63,310 nucleotides of DNA, from positions 1 through 63,310 of the forward strand of contig NCJS01000010.1 of NCBI GenBank assembly GCA_002279005.1. The letters run 5' to 3'. Shown piece by piece: positions 39,036-49,009 of this stretch; the first letter of the stretch is position 1, and every line of letters begins with the position of its first letter. The DNA comes from Idiomarina sp. 34-48-12. GTDB taxonomy: Bacteria; Pseudomonadota; Gammaproteobacteria; Enterobacterales; Alteromonadaceae. Both the position numbers and the translations under genes were made by a program. The notes under the pieces were generated by a model. The model was not told the origin of the DNA and searched no databases. It saw nothing but the letters and a program-made list of their open reading frames with translations.

Positions 39036-40319
39036 TCACACCGAAGCCGCCAGTAAACACATGCTATGGGTAATTTTACTCAGTTGATCGGGACGAATAA
39101 CAAATGGTGGCATCACATAGATTAACTTCCCAAAGGGGCGAATCCATACGCCATGTTGAACACATAAGCGTTGCGCGGCGGCAACATCAACGGCATGTTT
39201 CATCTCGATGACGCCGATAGCACCAAAGCATCGCACATCGGCGACGTTCGGCAGTTGTCGTGCTGGTTCAAGTTCAGCTACGAGCTGCGCATTGATCATA
39301 GTGATTCGCTGTTGCCATGAGCTATCAAGCAGAACATCAATGCTGGCACAGGCAATGGCACAGGCGAGGGGGTTACCCATAAAGGTTGGGCCATGCATGA
39401 ATGCGCCGCCTGCGGGACCACGGCTGATTGTCTCGGCGATATCATCACGGCATAGCACGGCAGCTTGCGTGAGATAACCGCCGGTTAATGCTTTGCCGAG
39501 ACACATAATATCTGGCGTGATGTTGGCGTGCTCGCAGGCAAATAACTTGCCGGTTCGACCAAAACCTGTTGCAATTTCATCCGCAATCAATAGCACATTG
39601 TATTGGTCGCATAATTCGCGTGCCCCACGCAGATATTCCGGATGATAAAACCGCATCCCACCAGCACCTTGCACGATAGGCTCGAGAATTAAAGCGGCCA
39701 ACTCATGTTGATGCTGTTCAAGAAGTTGTTTCAACGGGGCTAAATAATCAGTGTGCCACGGTTGTTCAGGCGTGATATTGGGAATAGGGGCAAATAGTTG
39801 CTCTCTCAGGCTACCTTTAAACAAGCTATGCATGCCATTGACGGGGTCGCAAACAGACATAGCGGCAAAGGTATCACCGTGATAGCCGCCGCGAATGGTG
39901 GCCATTCTGTTCTTTTGCGGAAGTTCACGACTGAACCAATATTGCACAGCCATTTTAATTGCGACTTCAATGGAAACTGAGCCTGAATCGGCAAGAAACA
40001 CACGATTTAACCCGGCTGGTGTTAACTCAACGAGCTTTTGTGATAACCGAATTGCTGGTTCATGGGTGATACCACCAAACATCACGTGACTCATGTTTTT
40101 CAACTGTTCAGTAGCGGCTTGGTTCAGCTGAGGGTGGTTGTAGCCATGAATCGCGGCCCACCAAGACGACATGCCATCAATCAGTCGGGTGCCATCGTTA
40201 AGAATCAATTCGCAACCTTCAGCTGCAACAACCGGATACACCGGTAGCGGGTCATTAAAGGAGGTATAAGGGTGCCAGATGTGTTGGCGATCAAATTGCA
40301 AGTCGCTATTTGTGATCAT
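39036..40319 (-). CDS. bioA: DAPA aminotransferase
   Basis: [52 protein letters not shown]. Confidence 0.97.
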   Translation of the reverse strand: MITNSDLQFDRQHIWHPYTSFNDPLPVYPVVAAEGCELILNDGTRLIDGMSSWWAAIHGYNHPQLNQAATEQLKNMSHVMFGGITHEPAIRLSQKLVELTPAGLNRVFLADSGSVSIEVAIKMAVQYWFSRELPQKNRMATIRGGYHGDTFAAMSVCDPVNGMHSLFKGSLREQLFAPIPNITPEQPWHTDYLAPLKQLLEQHQHELAALILEPIVQGAGGMRFYHPEYLRGARELCDQYNVLLIADEIATGFGRTGKLFACEHANITPDIMCLGKALTGGYLTQAAVLCRDDIAETISRGPAGGAFMHGPTFMGNPLACAIACASIDVLLDSSWQQRITMINAQLVAELEPARQLPNVADVRCFGAIGVIEMKHAVDVAAAQRLCVQHGVWIRPFGKLIYVMPPFVIRPDQLSKITHSMCLLAASV

Positions 40320-40337
40320 TGATTAAATAATAACCGT

Positions 40338-40370
40338 TTGTAATTTTATCGAGTTAATTAAAGTTGACAG
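40338..40370. promoter_or_regulatory. Putative BirA operator (bioO) between divergent bioA and bioB
   Basis: TTGTAATTT...AAAGTTGACAG, imperfect match to TTGTAAAC-N~15-GTTKACAA in the canonical position. Confidence 0.55.
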
Positions 40371-40440
40371 TCTAGGTAAACTCCGTACCCTGTGCAATAC
40401 CAAATCACTATTTTCAAACGTTGTATCCAAGGATCTAACT

Positions 40441-41481
40441 ATGTCGGCTGTCATTCGCCATGACTGGCAACTCAATGAAATTGAGGCTCTTTTCGCGTTA
40501 CCTTTTAATGATCTATTGTTTCAAGCGCAGCAAGTTCATCGTCAAAACTTCGACGCCAATGCGGTACAGGTGAGTACTTTATTGTCAATTAAAACCGGTG
40601 CTTGCCCGGAAGACTGCAAATACTGCCCACAGAGTGCACATTATCGTACCGACGTGGATAAAGAGCGGTTAATGGCCGTCGAAAAGGTTCTGGAAGAGGC
40701 GCGTGCGGCTAAAGAGCAGGGTGCAAGTCGTTTCTGTATGGGCGCCGCGTGGCGTAATCCTAAAGATCGCGACATGCCGTATGTGATTGAAATGGTACGA
40801 GGCGTGAAGGAGCTGGGATTAGAAACCTGTATGACGCTGGGGATGTTGAGCCCGCAACAGGCTCAGGCGCTGAAACAAGCTGGTCTCGATTATTACAACC
40901 ATAACCTTGATACGTCACCGGAATTCTACGGCGAGATTATTTCCACTCGCACTTATGCCGATAGACTGTCGACACTACAGAATGTGCGCGATGCGGGCAT
41001 GAAAGTGTGTGCTGGCGGTATTGTCGGTATGGGCGAAAGCCGTCGCGATCGCGCTGGCTTATTGGCACAATTGGCCAATTTACCGCAGCACCCAGAAAGC
41101 GTCCCGGTCAATATGCTTGTTAAGGTGCAAGGGACGCCATTTGCCGAGCTCGATGATCTCGATCCGTTTGAGTTTGTACGCACCATTGCCGTAGCTCGAA
41201 TTCTGATGCCACAAAGCTTTGTGCGCTTGTCGGCTGGTCGCGAAACCATGAATGATCAACTCCAGGCGTTATGCTTTATGGCCGGCGCTAATTCAATTTT
41301 TTATGGCGAACGCCTACTTACCACCGCGAACCCAGAAACCAATCGTGACTTGGCCTTGTTTGAACGACTTGGACTAGAACCATTAGCACACGAAGATTAC
41401 AGTGATGATGTTCATGAAGCGGTGATTTCAGATGCTGTCGCTGAACAGCAGCAACCTGTGCGTTATTACGAAGTAAGCTGA
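40441..41481 (+). CDS. bioB: Biotin synthase
   Basis: [11 protein letters not shown] radical SAM motif, YNHNLDTS. Confidence 0.98.
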   Translation: MSAVIRHDWQLNEIEALFALPFNDLLFQAQQVHRQNFDANAVQVSTLLSIKTGACPEDCKYCPQSAHYRTDVDKERLMAVEKVLEEARAAKEQGASRFCMGAAWRNPKDRDMPYVIEMVRGVKELGLETCMTLGMLSPQQAQALKQAGLDYYNHNLDTSPEFYGEIISTRTYADRLSTLQNVRDAGMKVCAGGIVGMGESRRDRAGLLAQLANLPQHPESVPVNMLVKVQGTPFAELDDLDPFEFVRTIAVARILMPQSFVRLSAGRETMNDQLQALCFMAGANSIFYGERLLTTANPETNRDLALFERLGLEPLAHEDYSDDVHEAVISDAVAEQQQPVRYYEVS

Positions 41482-41498
41482 GTAGGCGCGTTGAGTTT

Positions 41499-42629
41499 AT
41501 GCAAATTACGAGTCAGCTCTCATCTCAATTGGAACAATTGCGTCAGCAACATCGATATCGAACGCTGACGCAACGCCAATCGAGCCAAGTACAATTCGGT
41601 AACAATGATTACCTCGGGCTATCTATGCACCCGAGGGTTAAAGCCGCGTATGCCGAAGGTATTCATCAATTTGGTGCAAGTAGTGGGGCTTCGCCGTTGG
41701 TGAGTGGCTATCAAGCACCGCATGCGTATTTGCGTGAACAGCTGGCACAGTGGTTGGGGCGCGAAGATGCCTTGTTGTTTAGTAGTGGATTCGCCGCGAA
41801 TCAATGCGTTATGCAAGCATTGGCGTCAATCTATCAACGCATTGTACTGGACAAACTGAGTCATGCTTCACTGATTGATGGGGTGCGCCATTTCGAGCAT
41901 TGGAAGCGGTTTCGTCATAATGACGTGGCTCACGCGGCGCAGTTGTTGGTGCCTAATGAAGCGAACTTATTAGTCACGGAGAGTGTTTTTAGTATGGACG
42001 GCGATAGCGCACCATTAACTGAACTCGCGAACCTACAAGCTGACCTTTGGGTTGATGATGCACACGGCATTGGCGTTGTCGGTGACGATGGTCGTGGTGC
42101 GGCTGAGCAGCTAAGTGCAATGCAAGCGCCACTGTTAACTATAACGTTTGGTAAGGGATTAGGTGTGATGGGAGCTGCTATTGTGGGCTCATCGCTACTG
42201 ATTGATTATTTAACGAATCATGCGCGCGAGTTTATTTATTCAACGGCAATGCCAGCCGCTCAAGCGTTGGCTGTGAGTGCTGCGGTTGATGTTGTGGCAA
42301 GCTCAGAAGGCGCAGTGCTGCGCCAACGCTTAAACGATACCATTCAATACTTTCGTGAATGTTGTCGCTTAAATGGCTTACCGATAGGCGATAATCATCA
42401 CGCCATTCAAACATTGATTGTTGGTGACGACGCCAAAGCGGTGGCGTGGGGACAAGCGCTACAGACACACGGTATTCACTGCGGCGTGATTCGGCCGCCA
42501 ACAGTACCGCAGGGTAGTGCAAGACTGCGCATGACTATTGCTGCAACGCATTCCAACGCTCAAATTGATAACCTCGTTGCCGCTTTAGTAGCAACTCGAG
42601 AATCATTAGAAAGGGCAGAGATAACGTGA
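41499..42629 (+). CDS. bioF: 8-amino-7-oxononanoate synthase
   Basis: NDYLGL, SGFAAN, HASLIDG, ESVFSMDGD, DDAHG, TFGKG, IRPPTVP. Confidence 0.95.
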   Translation: MQITSQLSSQLEQLRQQHRYRTLTQRQSSQVQFGNNDYLGLSMHPRVKAAYAEGIHQFGASSGASPLVSGYQAPHAYLREQLAQWLGREDALLFSSGFAANQCVMQALASIYQRIVLDKLSHASLIDGVRHFEHWKRFRHNDVAHAAQLLVPNEANLLVTESVFSMDGDSAPLTELANLQADLWVDDAHGIGVVGDDGRGAAEQLSAMQAPLLTITFGKGLGVMGAAIVGSSLLIDYLTNHAREFIYSTAMPAAQALAVSAAVDVVASSEGAVLRQRLNDTIQYFRECCRLNGLPIGDNHHAIQTLIVGDDAKAVAWGQALQTHGIHCGVIRPPTVPQGSARLRMTIAATHSNAQIDNLVAALVATRESLERAEIT

Positions 42630-43414
42630 TGATTTCTGTTCATTCGCTTGAAAAACCGGCGCATAAGCAAAAAATCGCAGCGCATTTTAGTCGTGCTGCG
42701 CAATCCTATCAGCACCATAATGGCCTACAACGCTGGTGTGCGAACCGATTGCTTGGTTGGTTGCCAGCAACAACCGGTATGACAGCTGACATCGGCTGTG
42801 GTCCCGCAGTGAATACTGATGCACTGCTGGCGCGCACGAGTCATTATATTGGCCTAGATATCGCGTCAGGTATGCTGAGCGAGGCACAATCCAATTATCC
42901 CGATAACGCTTGGCTCAGAGCTGATCTCGAGCAGTTGCCATTTGCCGCAGCAGCTATTGATACAATCTATGCAAACCTTGCCGTGCAGTGGGCTGATGAT
43001 TTGGCCGCGACATTAAAGCAATGGCTGCAGGTGTTGCGCCCGTCGGGTTGTATTGTCGCTAGTACGGTGCTGTCGGGGTCATTATCACCACTCGCTGATT
43101 ACTTTCAGCAATATACCGGTGCAAAGCGGCACAACCGATTCTATTCAACAACAACGTTACACCAAATTCTAAGCTCGCTTGATGGGGTATCCGTACAATT
43201 TGAGGTTGAGCAAGTCACGGTGCCGTATCAAAGTGTACGTAGCATGCTTTATGACCTCAAAGGTATTGGCGCGAACTATCAACCACAACCTCAACAACCA
43301 TTGACTAGAAAAAATCTCAGCCAGGTTGAAGAGGCGATGGAGATGCATCGCACTAATGAGGGTATGCTCCCATTAACGTGGTCTATCGGGCTTATTAAGT
43401 TGACTAAAGATTAA
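42626..43414 (+). CDS. bioC: Malonyl-ACP O-methyltransferase
   Basis: IAAHFSRAA, DIGCGP, NLAVQW, LKGIGAN; position in bio operon. Confidence 0.88.
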   Translation: MMISVHSLEKPAHKQKIAAHFSRAAQSYQHHNGLQRWCANRLLGWLPATTGMTADIGCGPAVNTDALLARTSHYIGLDIASGMLSEAQSNYPDNAWLRADLEQLPFAAAAIDTIYANLAVQWADDLAATLKQWLQVLRPSGCIVASTVLSGSLSPLADYFQQYTGAKRHNRFYSTTTLHQILSSLDGVSVQFEVEQVTVPYQSVRSMLYDLKGIGANYQPQPQQPLTRKNLSQVEEAMEMHRTNEGMLPLTWSIGLIKLTKD

Positions 43415-43416
43415 GT

Positions 43417-44080
43417 ATGATTGCTAATAATGAAACCAAAAAGCCGGCACATCTATTTGTAACAGGCACTGATACAGACGCTGGGAAAACCACCTGCGCA
43501 AGTGCATTGCTTCATGCACTGCATAGCCAAGGGCGCCGTGTATGGCCATTTAAACCAGGCGATTGAGGTGAACCATGAGAGTTATGCCAAGGTAAACCCT
43601 TATTGTTATGCGCCACCCATTGCCCCGCATATTGCTGCAGCTCAAGTAAAAAGTACGCTGACCGTGCGCAGCATTATTGAGAATCTTGAGACGGCGCTTT
43701 TTGAGCCACAGAACACTACAAGCCATGACTTGGTGTTAATTGAAGGCGCGGGCGGTTGGCTCGTGCCACTGAACGACGAAGAGTCTCTGGCTGACCTTGC
43801 AAAAGCGCTGCAAGCTGACGTGTTGTTGGTTATCGGTATGAAACTGGGCTGCTTGAGCCACGCGTTATTGACGGTAGAAGCGATTCAGCGAAGTGGACTC
43901 AAGTTAGTGGGATGGATTGCAAATCAGCCGCAACAAGAGCAAATGGCGTATTACCAAGAAAATTTAGAGACCCTAAAGCGGATGATCGATGCACCTTGTT
44001 TAGGCGAAGTGCCATTTCACCCAAACCTTGATGAAACGGCACTTGCGAAACATATTAACGTGCAGGCATTGCGATTATAA
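43417..44080 (+). pseudogene. bioD: Dethiobiotin synthetase with internal deletion and frameshift near 43555-43558
   Basis: ATG 43417 frame gives LFVTGTDTDAGKT...WPFKP then TGA at 43564-43566; VNPY, PIAPHIAA, IEGAGGWLVP, KLGCLSHA continue in another frame; the segment normally between them is absent. Confidence 0.88.
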
Positions 44081-44779
44081 CCATTGAGAACAGTCTTGTT
44101 CTGGCATTAACGGTTGTTTGTCACCACCCAAGAAGATATGTCCTGGCGCTTCGCCAAAGTAACGCATCTGAGCGCCGTTTATACGCAGATAAGAACCCTC
44201 AGGAATAGCAATAATCGGTGTTTTCGGCTCTATCGCCATAAACTCTCCGAGGCGTTGGTCACGAGTTTCGCCATGAAAACCTGGCGGTTGATAGTCGGTG
44301 TAGTGCGGATTTAACTGCACCTCAACAAGTTGTAGAGCATTAAACGATGGCGGTTCAATAATCGGCATGTCGTTGGTGGTGCGAATACTTAAACCAGCAA
44401 TATTAGAGCCGGCGCTCCAACCAACGTAAGGCACACCGGAATTAACTGCTGCCTGAATTGGTGCAATCAGGTTATGTTCGTATAGTTTGGTGAGGAGCTG
44501 AAAGGTGTTTCCGCCGCCAACCATAATCGCTTCAGCCTGATTGATTGCTGCGACTGGATCCGATTCCGACTCAATACCGTATACATCAATGCCAGCAGGA
44601 GCAAGAGCGGCGCGTACTTTATCGGTGTAGGTAGTGTTGGAGAAACCGACACCCGCATAGGGAATAAATAAAATACGGCGTTGGCCGCAGTGCTCAGTAA
44701 TAGGTTTGATGCATGGCGCGAGGTAGTCGCTATCGCCAGCTTTCGAACTGCTAAGTAACAGAATTTGAGCGTCAGCCAT
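44075..44779 (-). CDS. pepE: Dipeptidase E (S51)
   Basis: LFIPYA, VGGGNTF, GWSAGSN, TTNDMP, NPHY, HGETRDQR. Confidence 0.95.
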   Translation of the reverse strand: MADAQILLLSSSKAGDSDYLAPCIKPITEHCGQRRILFIPYAGVGFSNTTYTDKVRAALAPAGIDVYGIESESDPVAAINQAEAIMVGGGNTFQLLTKLYEHNLIAPIQAAVNSGVPYVGWSAGSNIAGLSIRTTNDMPIIEPPSFNALQLVEVQLNPHYTDYQPPGFHGETRDQRLGEFMAIEPKTPIIAIPEGSYLRINGAQMRYFGEAPGHIFLGGDKQPLMPEQDCSQWL

Positions 44780-44861
44780 TCATTTTTCTCCTTCATTGGG
44801 CTCGCAAAAGGTTCGATTGCGCAAGCGTATCAAAATAGTTACCAAAAAACATTCTAAAAGC

Positions 44862-44889
44862 CTTGTATTTCAAGGCTAACGCCCTTATA
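44862..44889 (+). promoter_or_regulatory. Putative sigma-32 promoter of htpX
   Basis: CTTGTA-N14-CCCTTATA resembles CTTGAA-N13-15-CCCCATNT; htpX is a known heat-shock gene. Confidence 0.5.
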
Positions 44890-44929
44890 AATCGGGGTAT
44901 CTGTTGAGGTCATTGTGAGGTTTTGAGAA

Positions 44930-45802
44930 ATGTTGCGGATTGCTCTGTTTTTAGCAACAAACTTGGCTATTTTATTGGTTTTGGGTGTGGTGATGAATCT
45001 CGTACTTCCAGCGATGGGAGTCGAACCGAGCCAATATCAAGGGTTATTTATATTTGCTGCGCTGTTCGGCTTTGGTGGCGCATTCATTTCGTTAGCCATG
45101 TCGAAGTGGCTGGCAAAGCGCTCGGTTGGTGCTCAAGTTATTAATCAACCGCGTAATGGCACTGAAAAATGGCTGGTTGATACCATTGCAACGCAAGCTC
45201 ACAAAGCTGGCATTCCAATGCCGGAAGTCGCAATCTATGACTCGCCAGAACCGAATGCATTCGCCACCGGTGCAAGCAAAAAAAGCTCGCTAGTAGCTGT
45301 CAGCACCGGCTTGTTGCGTTCGATGACCCAAGATGAAGTCGAGGCGGTATTGGCACACGAGGTGAGTCATATTGCTAATGGTGATATGGTAACACTGACC
45401 CTGATTCAGGGCGTTGTGAACACATTCGTTATCTTTTTTGCACGAGTTATTGCCGGTGTCATCGATAATGCGACGCGCAGCAATTCACAGAATGGTCAAG
45501 GGCTTGGTGGTTTGGCGTACTTCGGTATCGTCATGGTACTCGAGTTAGTGTTCGGCATTTTGGCCAGTATTATTGTGATGTGGTTCTCGCGCCAGCGCGA
45601 GTTCCGTGCCGATGCGGGCTCGGCAAGCCTCGTAGGCAAGCAAAAAATGATTGCTGCGTTGCGTCGCTTGCAAGGTGCGCAAGAGTCAACACTTGATGGC
45701 TCGATGATGGCGTTTGGTATACAAAGCAAACGCAGCTTCAGTGAACTATTTATGAGCCATCCACCACTAGCAAAACGTATTCGTGCTTTAGAAAACTTAT
45801 AA
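44930..45802 (+). CDS. htpX: Membrane zinc protease HtpX
   Basis: [21 protein letters not shown] (HExxH), [13 protein letters not shown]. Confidence 0.97.
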   Translation: MLRIALFLATNLAILLVLGVVMNLVLPAMGVEPSQYQGLFIFAALFGFGGAFISLAMSKWLAKRSVGAQVINQPRNGTEKWLVDTIATQAHKAGIPMPEVAIYDSPEPNAFATGASKKSSLVAVSTGLLRSMTQDEVEAVLAHEVSHIANGDMVTLTLIQGVVNTFVIFFARVIAGVIDNATRSNSQNGQGLGGLAYFGIVMVLELVFGILASIIVMWFSRQREFRADAGSASLVGKQKMIAALRRLQGAQESTLDGSMMAFGIQSKRSFSELFMSHPPLAKRIRALENL

Positions 45803-45818
45803 GAGATTAAGGAAAGTC

Positions 45819-47177
45819 ATGACTAATTGGAGTGCCCGTAGCTGGCGGGATAAAGCCATTCAGCAACAACCGAACTATGCATCGAAAACCGCATTACAAC
45901 AGGTTGAGCAGCAGCTTAAAACCTTCCCACCGTTGGTTTTCGCTGAGGAAATTCGCGCGTTGCGCAGCCAGTTAGGGCGTGTAAGCCAAGGTCATGGTTT
46001 TTTATTGCAAGGCGGCGATTGCGCCGAAACCTTTAGTGATTTTACTGCACCGAAAATTCGCGACACTTTTAAAGTTATTTTGCAAATGGCGGTTGTATTG
46101 ACGTTTGCAGGATCTTGTCCGGTCACCAAAGTTGCGCGGATGGCGGGTCAATACGCAAAACCACGTTCGAGTGACTTAGAAACCGTTGATGGTGTGTCGT
46201 TGCCGAGTTATCGCGGCGATATTATCAATGGCGCGGATTTCACAATCGAAGCACGCGAACCCGACCCGCAGCGGATGATCAATGCTTACCATCATTCTGC
46301 GGCTACGCTAAACCTGCTGCGCGCGTTTGCGCAGGGTGGTTTAGCTGACCTGCATAAGGTGCATAAATGGAACATGAGTTTCGTTGAGGCGAACCCGCTC
46401 AAAGATCAGTACCTACGTGTTGCGGAACAAATTCAGTCGGCATTAAAGTTCATGGAAGTTCTCGGCATTAACGCTCAAAGTAATGCGACTATTCACGAAA
46501 CCCAGCTTTTTACTTCGCACGAGGCGCTGTTACTGCCATATGAAGAAGCGTTAACTCGCACCGATACGTTAACGGGCCTGCCTTATGATTGTTCGGCGCA
46601 TATGGTTTGGATTGGTGAACGTACACGCCAGCTTGATCATGCGCATGTGGAATTCATGCGCGGTATTCATAACCCGTTAGGCGTAAAAATTGGGCCTACA
46701 ACACATCCTGATGATGTGATTCGGTTATTGGATGTGTTGAACCCAGGTAACGAAGCGGGGCGCATGACCCTAATTACAAGAATGGGTGCGAATACACTTG
46801 CTGAGGCTTTACCTGCCATTGTACGCCGCGTTAAAGCGGAAGGTCGTCATGTGGTGTGGTCGAGCGACCCAATGCATGGCAACACGGTGAAAGCTGAAAA
46901 TGGCCTTAAAACGCGCAATTTTGATGCAATTCATCAAGAATTACGCCAGTTTTTCGCAGTGCATCAGGCTGAAGGGACTTATCCAGGCGGTGTTCATTTA
47001 GAAATGACCGGGGAGGATGTGACCGAATGTACTGGAGGCGCTTATCAAATTAGTGAACGAGACCTAACGCAACGCTACCGCACACAATGTGATCCTCGCT
47101 TGAATGCTGATCAAGTGTTAGAATTGGCGTTTCTTGTTGCTGAGTCGCTGAAAGATGCACGGCAAGGTCGCGGTTAA
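45819..47177 (+). CDS. Class II DAHP synthase
   Basis: [41 protein letters not shown]. Confidence 0.95.
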   Translation: MTNWSARSWRDKAIQQQPNYASKTALQQVEQQLKTFPPLVFAEEIRALRSQLGRVSQGHGFLLQGGDCAETFSDFTAPKIRDTFKVILQMAVVLTFAGSCPVTKVARMAGQYAKPRSSDLETVDGVSLPSYRGDIINGADFTIEAREPDPQRMINAYHHSAATLNLLRAFAQGGLADLHKVHKWNMSFVEANPLKDQYLRVAEQIQSALKFMEVLGINAQSNATIHETQLFTSHEALLLPYEEALTRTDTLTGLPYDCSAHMVWIGERTRQLDHAHVEFMRGIHNPLGVKIGPTTHPDDVIRLLDVLNPGNEAGRMTLITRMGANTLAEALPAIVRRVKAEGRHVVWSSDPMHGNTVKAENGLKTRNFDAIHQELRQFFAVHQAEGTYPGGVHLEMTGEDVTECTGGAYQISERDLTQRYRTQCDPRLNADQVLELAFLVAESLKDARQGRG

Positions 47178-47205
47178 CTCTGACATTTTCGAGGTTTAGT
47201 TGTAT

Positions 47206-48036
47206 ATGTCACACTCTGTTGAGCAGTTTTTTGACAATTTATGGAATGACTACATTAAGTTAACGCCTTCGGCAGCAAAGGTACATCAAGTGCTTGGTCA
47301 AGGTCGTTCAATTATTAATGACCACGTTGCTTTTCGTACCTTTAACCTGGCCCCAGTGCGGTTAGAAACGCTAGCGAAGCATTTTGAAGCCATGGGTTAC
47401 AAAGCTTGCGGCGATTACGCTTTTGAAGCGAAAAAACTCGTCGCGAAACATTTCGAGCATAGCGATCCGACATTACCGAAGATTTTTATCTCGGAGTTGC
47501 TCGTTGAAGAGTTTTCTCCTGAGTTACAGCGTATTGTGAAATCGTTGGTTGCGCAAATTGATGCTGACGACGTGGCTAAGCCAGAGTTCTTGTATTCAGG
47601 TGCGCATTGGCAAATTAGTAGTACCGACTATGAACAGTTGCTAGAAGAGAGCGAATACGCAGCTTGGATGGCCGCTTTTGGTTTCCGTGCGAACCACTTC
47701 ACGGTCAACGTGAATGAACTACCAGACTACGAATCACTTGAACAAGTGAACGAAACCTTAAAGCAAGCCGGTTTCCGTTTAAATACCTCAGGTGGTGAAA
47801 TCAAAGGTTCGCGTGAGGTTTTCCTTGAGCAGTCATCAACCATGGCAGATCACACCGCTGTGCGTTTTAGTGATATGGAAAAGGTTGTACCGAGCTGTTT
47901 CTATGAGTTTGCGAAACGCTACGAAGTCGCTCCAAATCAATTGTATACTGGGTTTGTTGCAGCGTCAGCGGACAAAATCTTTGAAAGCACCAACGCTCGC
48001 GCTGATGTCAGCGCTGAGCAAGACGGCAACGCTTAA
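47206..48036 (+). CDS. DUF1338 family protein (2-oxoadipate dioxygenase/decarboxylase-like)
   Basis: [48 protein letters not shown]. Confidence 0.8.
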   Translation: MSHSVEQFFDNLWNDYIKLTPSAAKVHQVLGQGRSIINDHVAFRTFNLAPVRLETLAKHFEAMGYKACGDYAFEAKKLVAKHFEHSDPTLPKIFISELLVEEFSPELQRIVKSLVAQIDADDVAKPEFLYSGAHWQISSTDYEQLLEESEYAAWMAAFGFRANHFTVNVNELPDYESLEQVNETLKQAGFRLNTSGGEIKGSREVFLEQSSTMADHTAVRFSDMEKVVPSCFYEFAKRYEVAPNQLYTGFVAASADKIFESTNARADVSAEQDGNA

Positions 48037-48878
48037 AAGCGGTGCCGTTCGAGATTGGTTTCTGCAAGAATTTTTGCGGCAATCTCTTCCACAGAAAATC
48101 GGGTTGAGTCGAGAAATGGAATTGCTTCACGGCGATACATCTTCTCGACTTCCTGCAACTCATAACGACATTGCTGCATGGATGCATAACGGCTGCCTTC
48201 TCTTCGCTTACTGCGAATTTCATGCAAGCGTTGCGGATCTAACGTCAACCCGTAAATTTTATGCCGGTAGGGTTTCAGCACTTTAGGCAACTGTAAATTC
48301 TCCATGTTATCGTCTTCCGTCAATGGGTAATTTGCAGCTTTAATTCCGTAATGTAGCGCTAAGTAAAGGCTAGTAGGGGTTTTCCCCGTACGAGGGGTTT
48401 TCCCCGTACGCGAAACACCAAGCAAAATAATATCCGCTTCGTCATAGTCAGAAATATTGCTGCCATCATCATTCGCTAACGTATAGTTCACCGCATCGAT
48501 ACGAAAATCATAGTTTTCACGCACATCGTTACTTTCTTGAATGCCGTGGGTACGATGAGTTTTGGGCTGAGCAGCCATATTCAATTCTTTACTCAGCGGT
48601 GCCACAAAGTAATCAAGAAAGTCATAACAACTGCCTTTTGACGAGGTAATGACGCGTTTTATATCAATGCTAACGAAGGTGTGAAAAATAATCGGGCGCT
48701 CACCAGACTCTTGATAAGCAAGATTTATTTTGTTTACCGCCAGTTCTGCTTTTTCAATAGTATCGATGAATGCCAAGGTTTTATGAATGACTTTTAATGG
48801 GAACATCGACAGCATGGCTTTCCCGAATGCTTCGGCAGTAAGGGCTGTACCATCGGAAATGTAAAAAATTGTGCGCAT
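48033..48878 (-). CDS. ppsR: PEP synthase regulatory kinase/pyrophosphorylase with a 6-aa duplication in the P-loop
   Basis: [28 protein letters not shown](RTGKTP)TSLYLA, AANYP; divergent from ppsA. Confidence 0.93.
   Translation of the reverse strand: MRTIFYISDGTALTAEAFGKAMLSMFPLKVIHKTLAFIDTIEKAELAVNKINLAYQESGERPIIFHTFVSIDIKRVITSSKGSCYDFLDYFVAPLSKELNMAAQPKTHRTHGIQESNDVRENYDFRIDAVNYTLANDDGSNISDYDEADIILLGVSRTGKTPRTGKTPTSLYLALHYGIKAANYPLTEDDNMENLQLPKVLKPYRHKIYGLTLDPQRLHEIRSKRREGSRYASMQQCRYELQEVEKMYRREAIPFLDSTRFSVEEIAAKILAETNLERHRF
48375..48410. repeat. Perfect 18-bp tandem duplication inside ppsR
   Basis: AGGGGTTTTCCCCGTACG x2 (48375-48392, 48393-48410). Confidence 0.95.
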
Positions 48879-49009
48879 CTTGGCAGTAATCCTTTCAGAT
48901 AAAAGTGGATAAGATGTTAACTTGTGACGCCCCAGTGTGTAAAATACATTGCCATCCGGGCAGTCAATTAAGTGACTGTGTCACGCTAAAACTCCACGAG
49001 GAACTCAAC

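Noticed and set aside
43502-43557. ORF-track start of a 192-aa BioD (MHCFMHC...)
   Set aside because: Out-of-frame sequence upstream of the deletion junction; the real N-terminus with the P-loop begins at 43417.
47792-48286. 164-aa plus-strand ORF bridging DUF1338 and ppsR
   Set aside because: Overlaps two well-supported genes in an alternate or antisense frame and has no motifs.
48920-48990. TGTGA/TCAC-like words upstream of ppsA as a CRP site
   Set aside because: Spacing does not fit TGTGA-N6-TCACA; not supportable.
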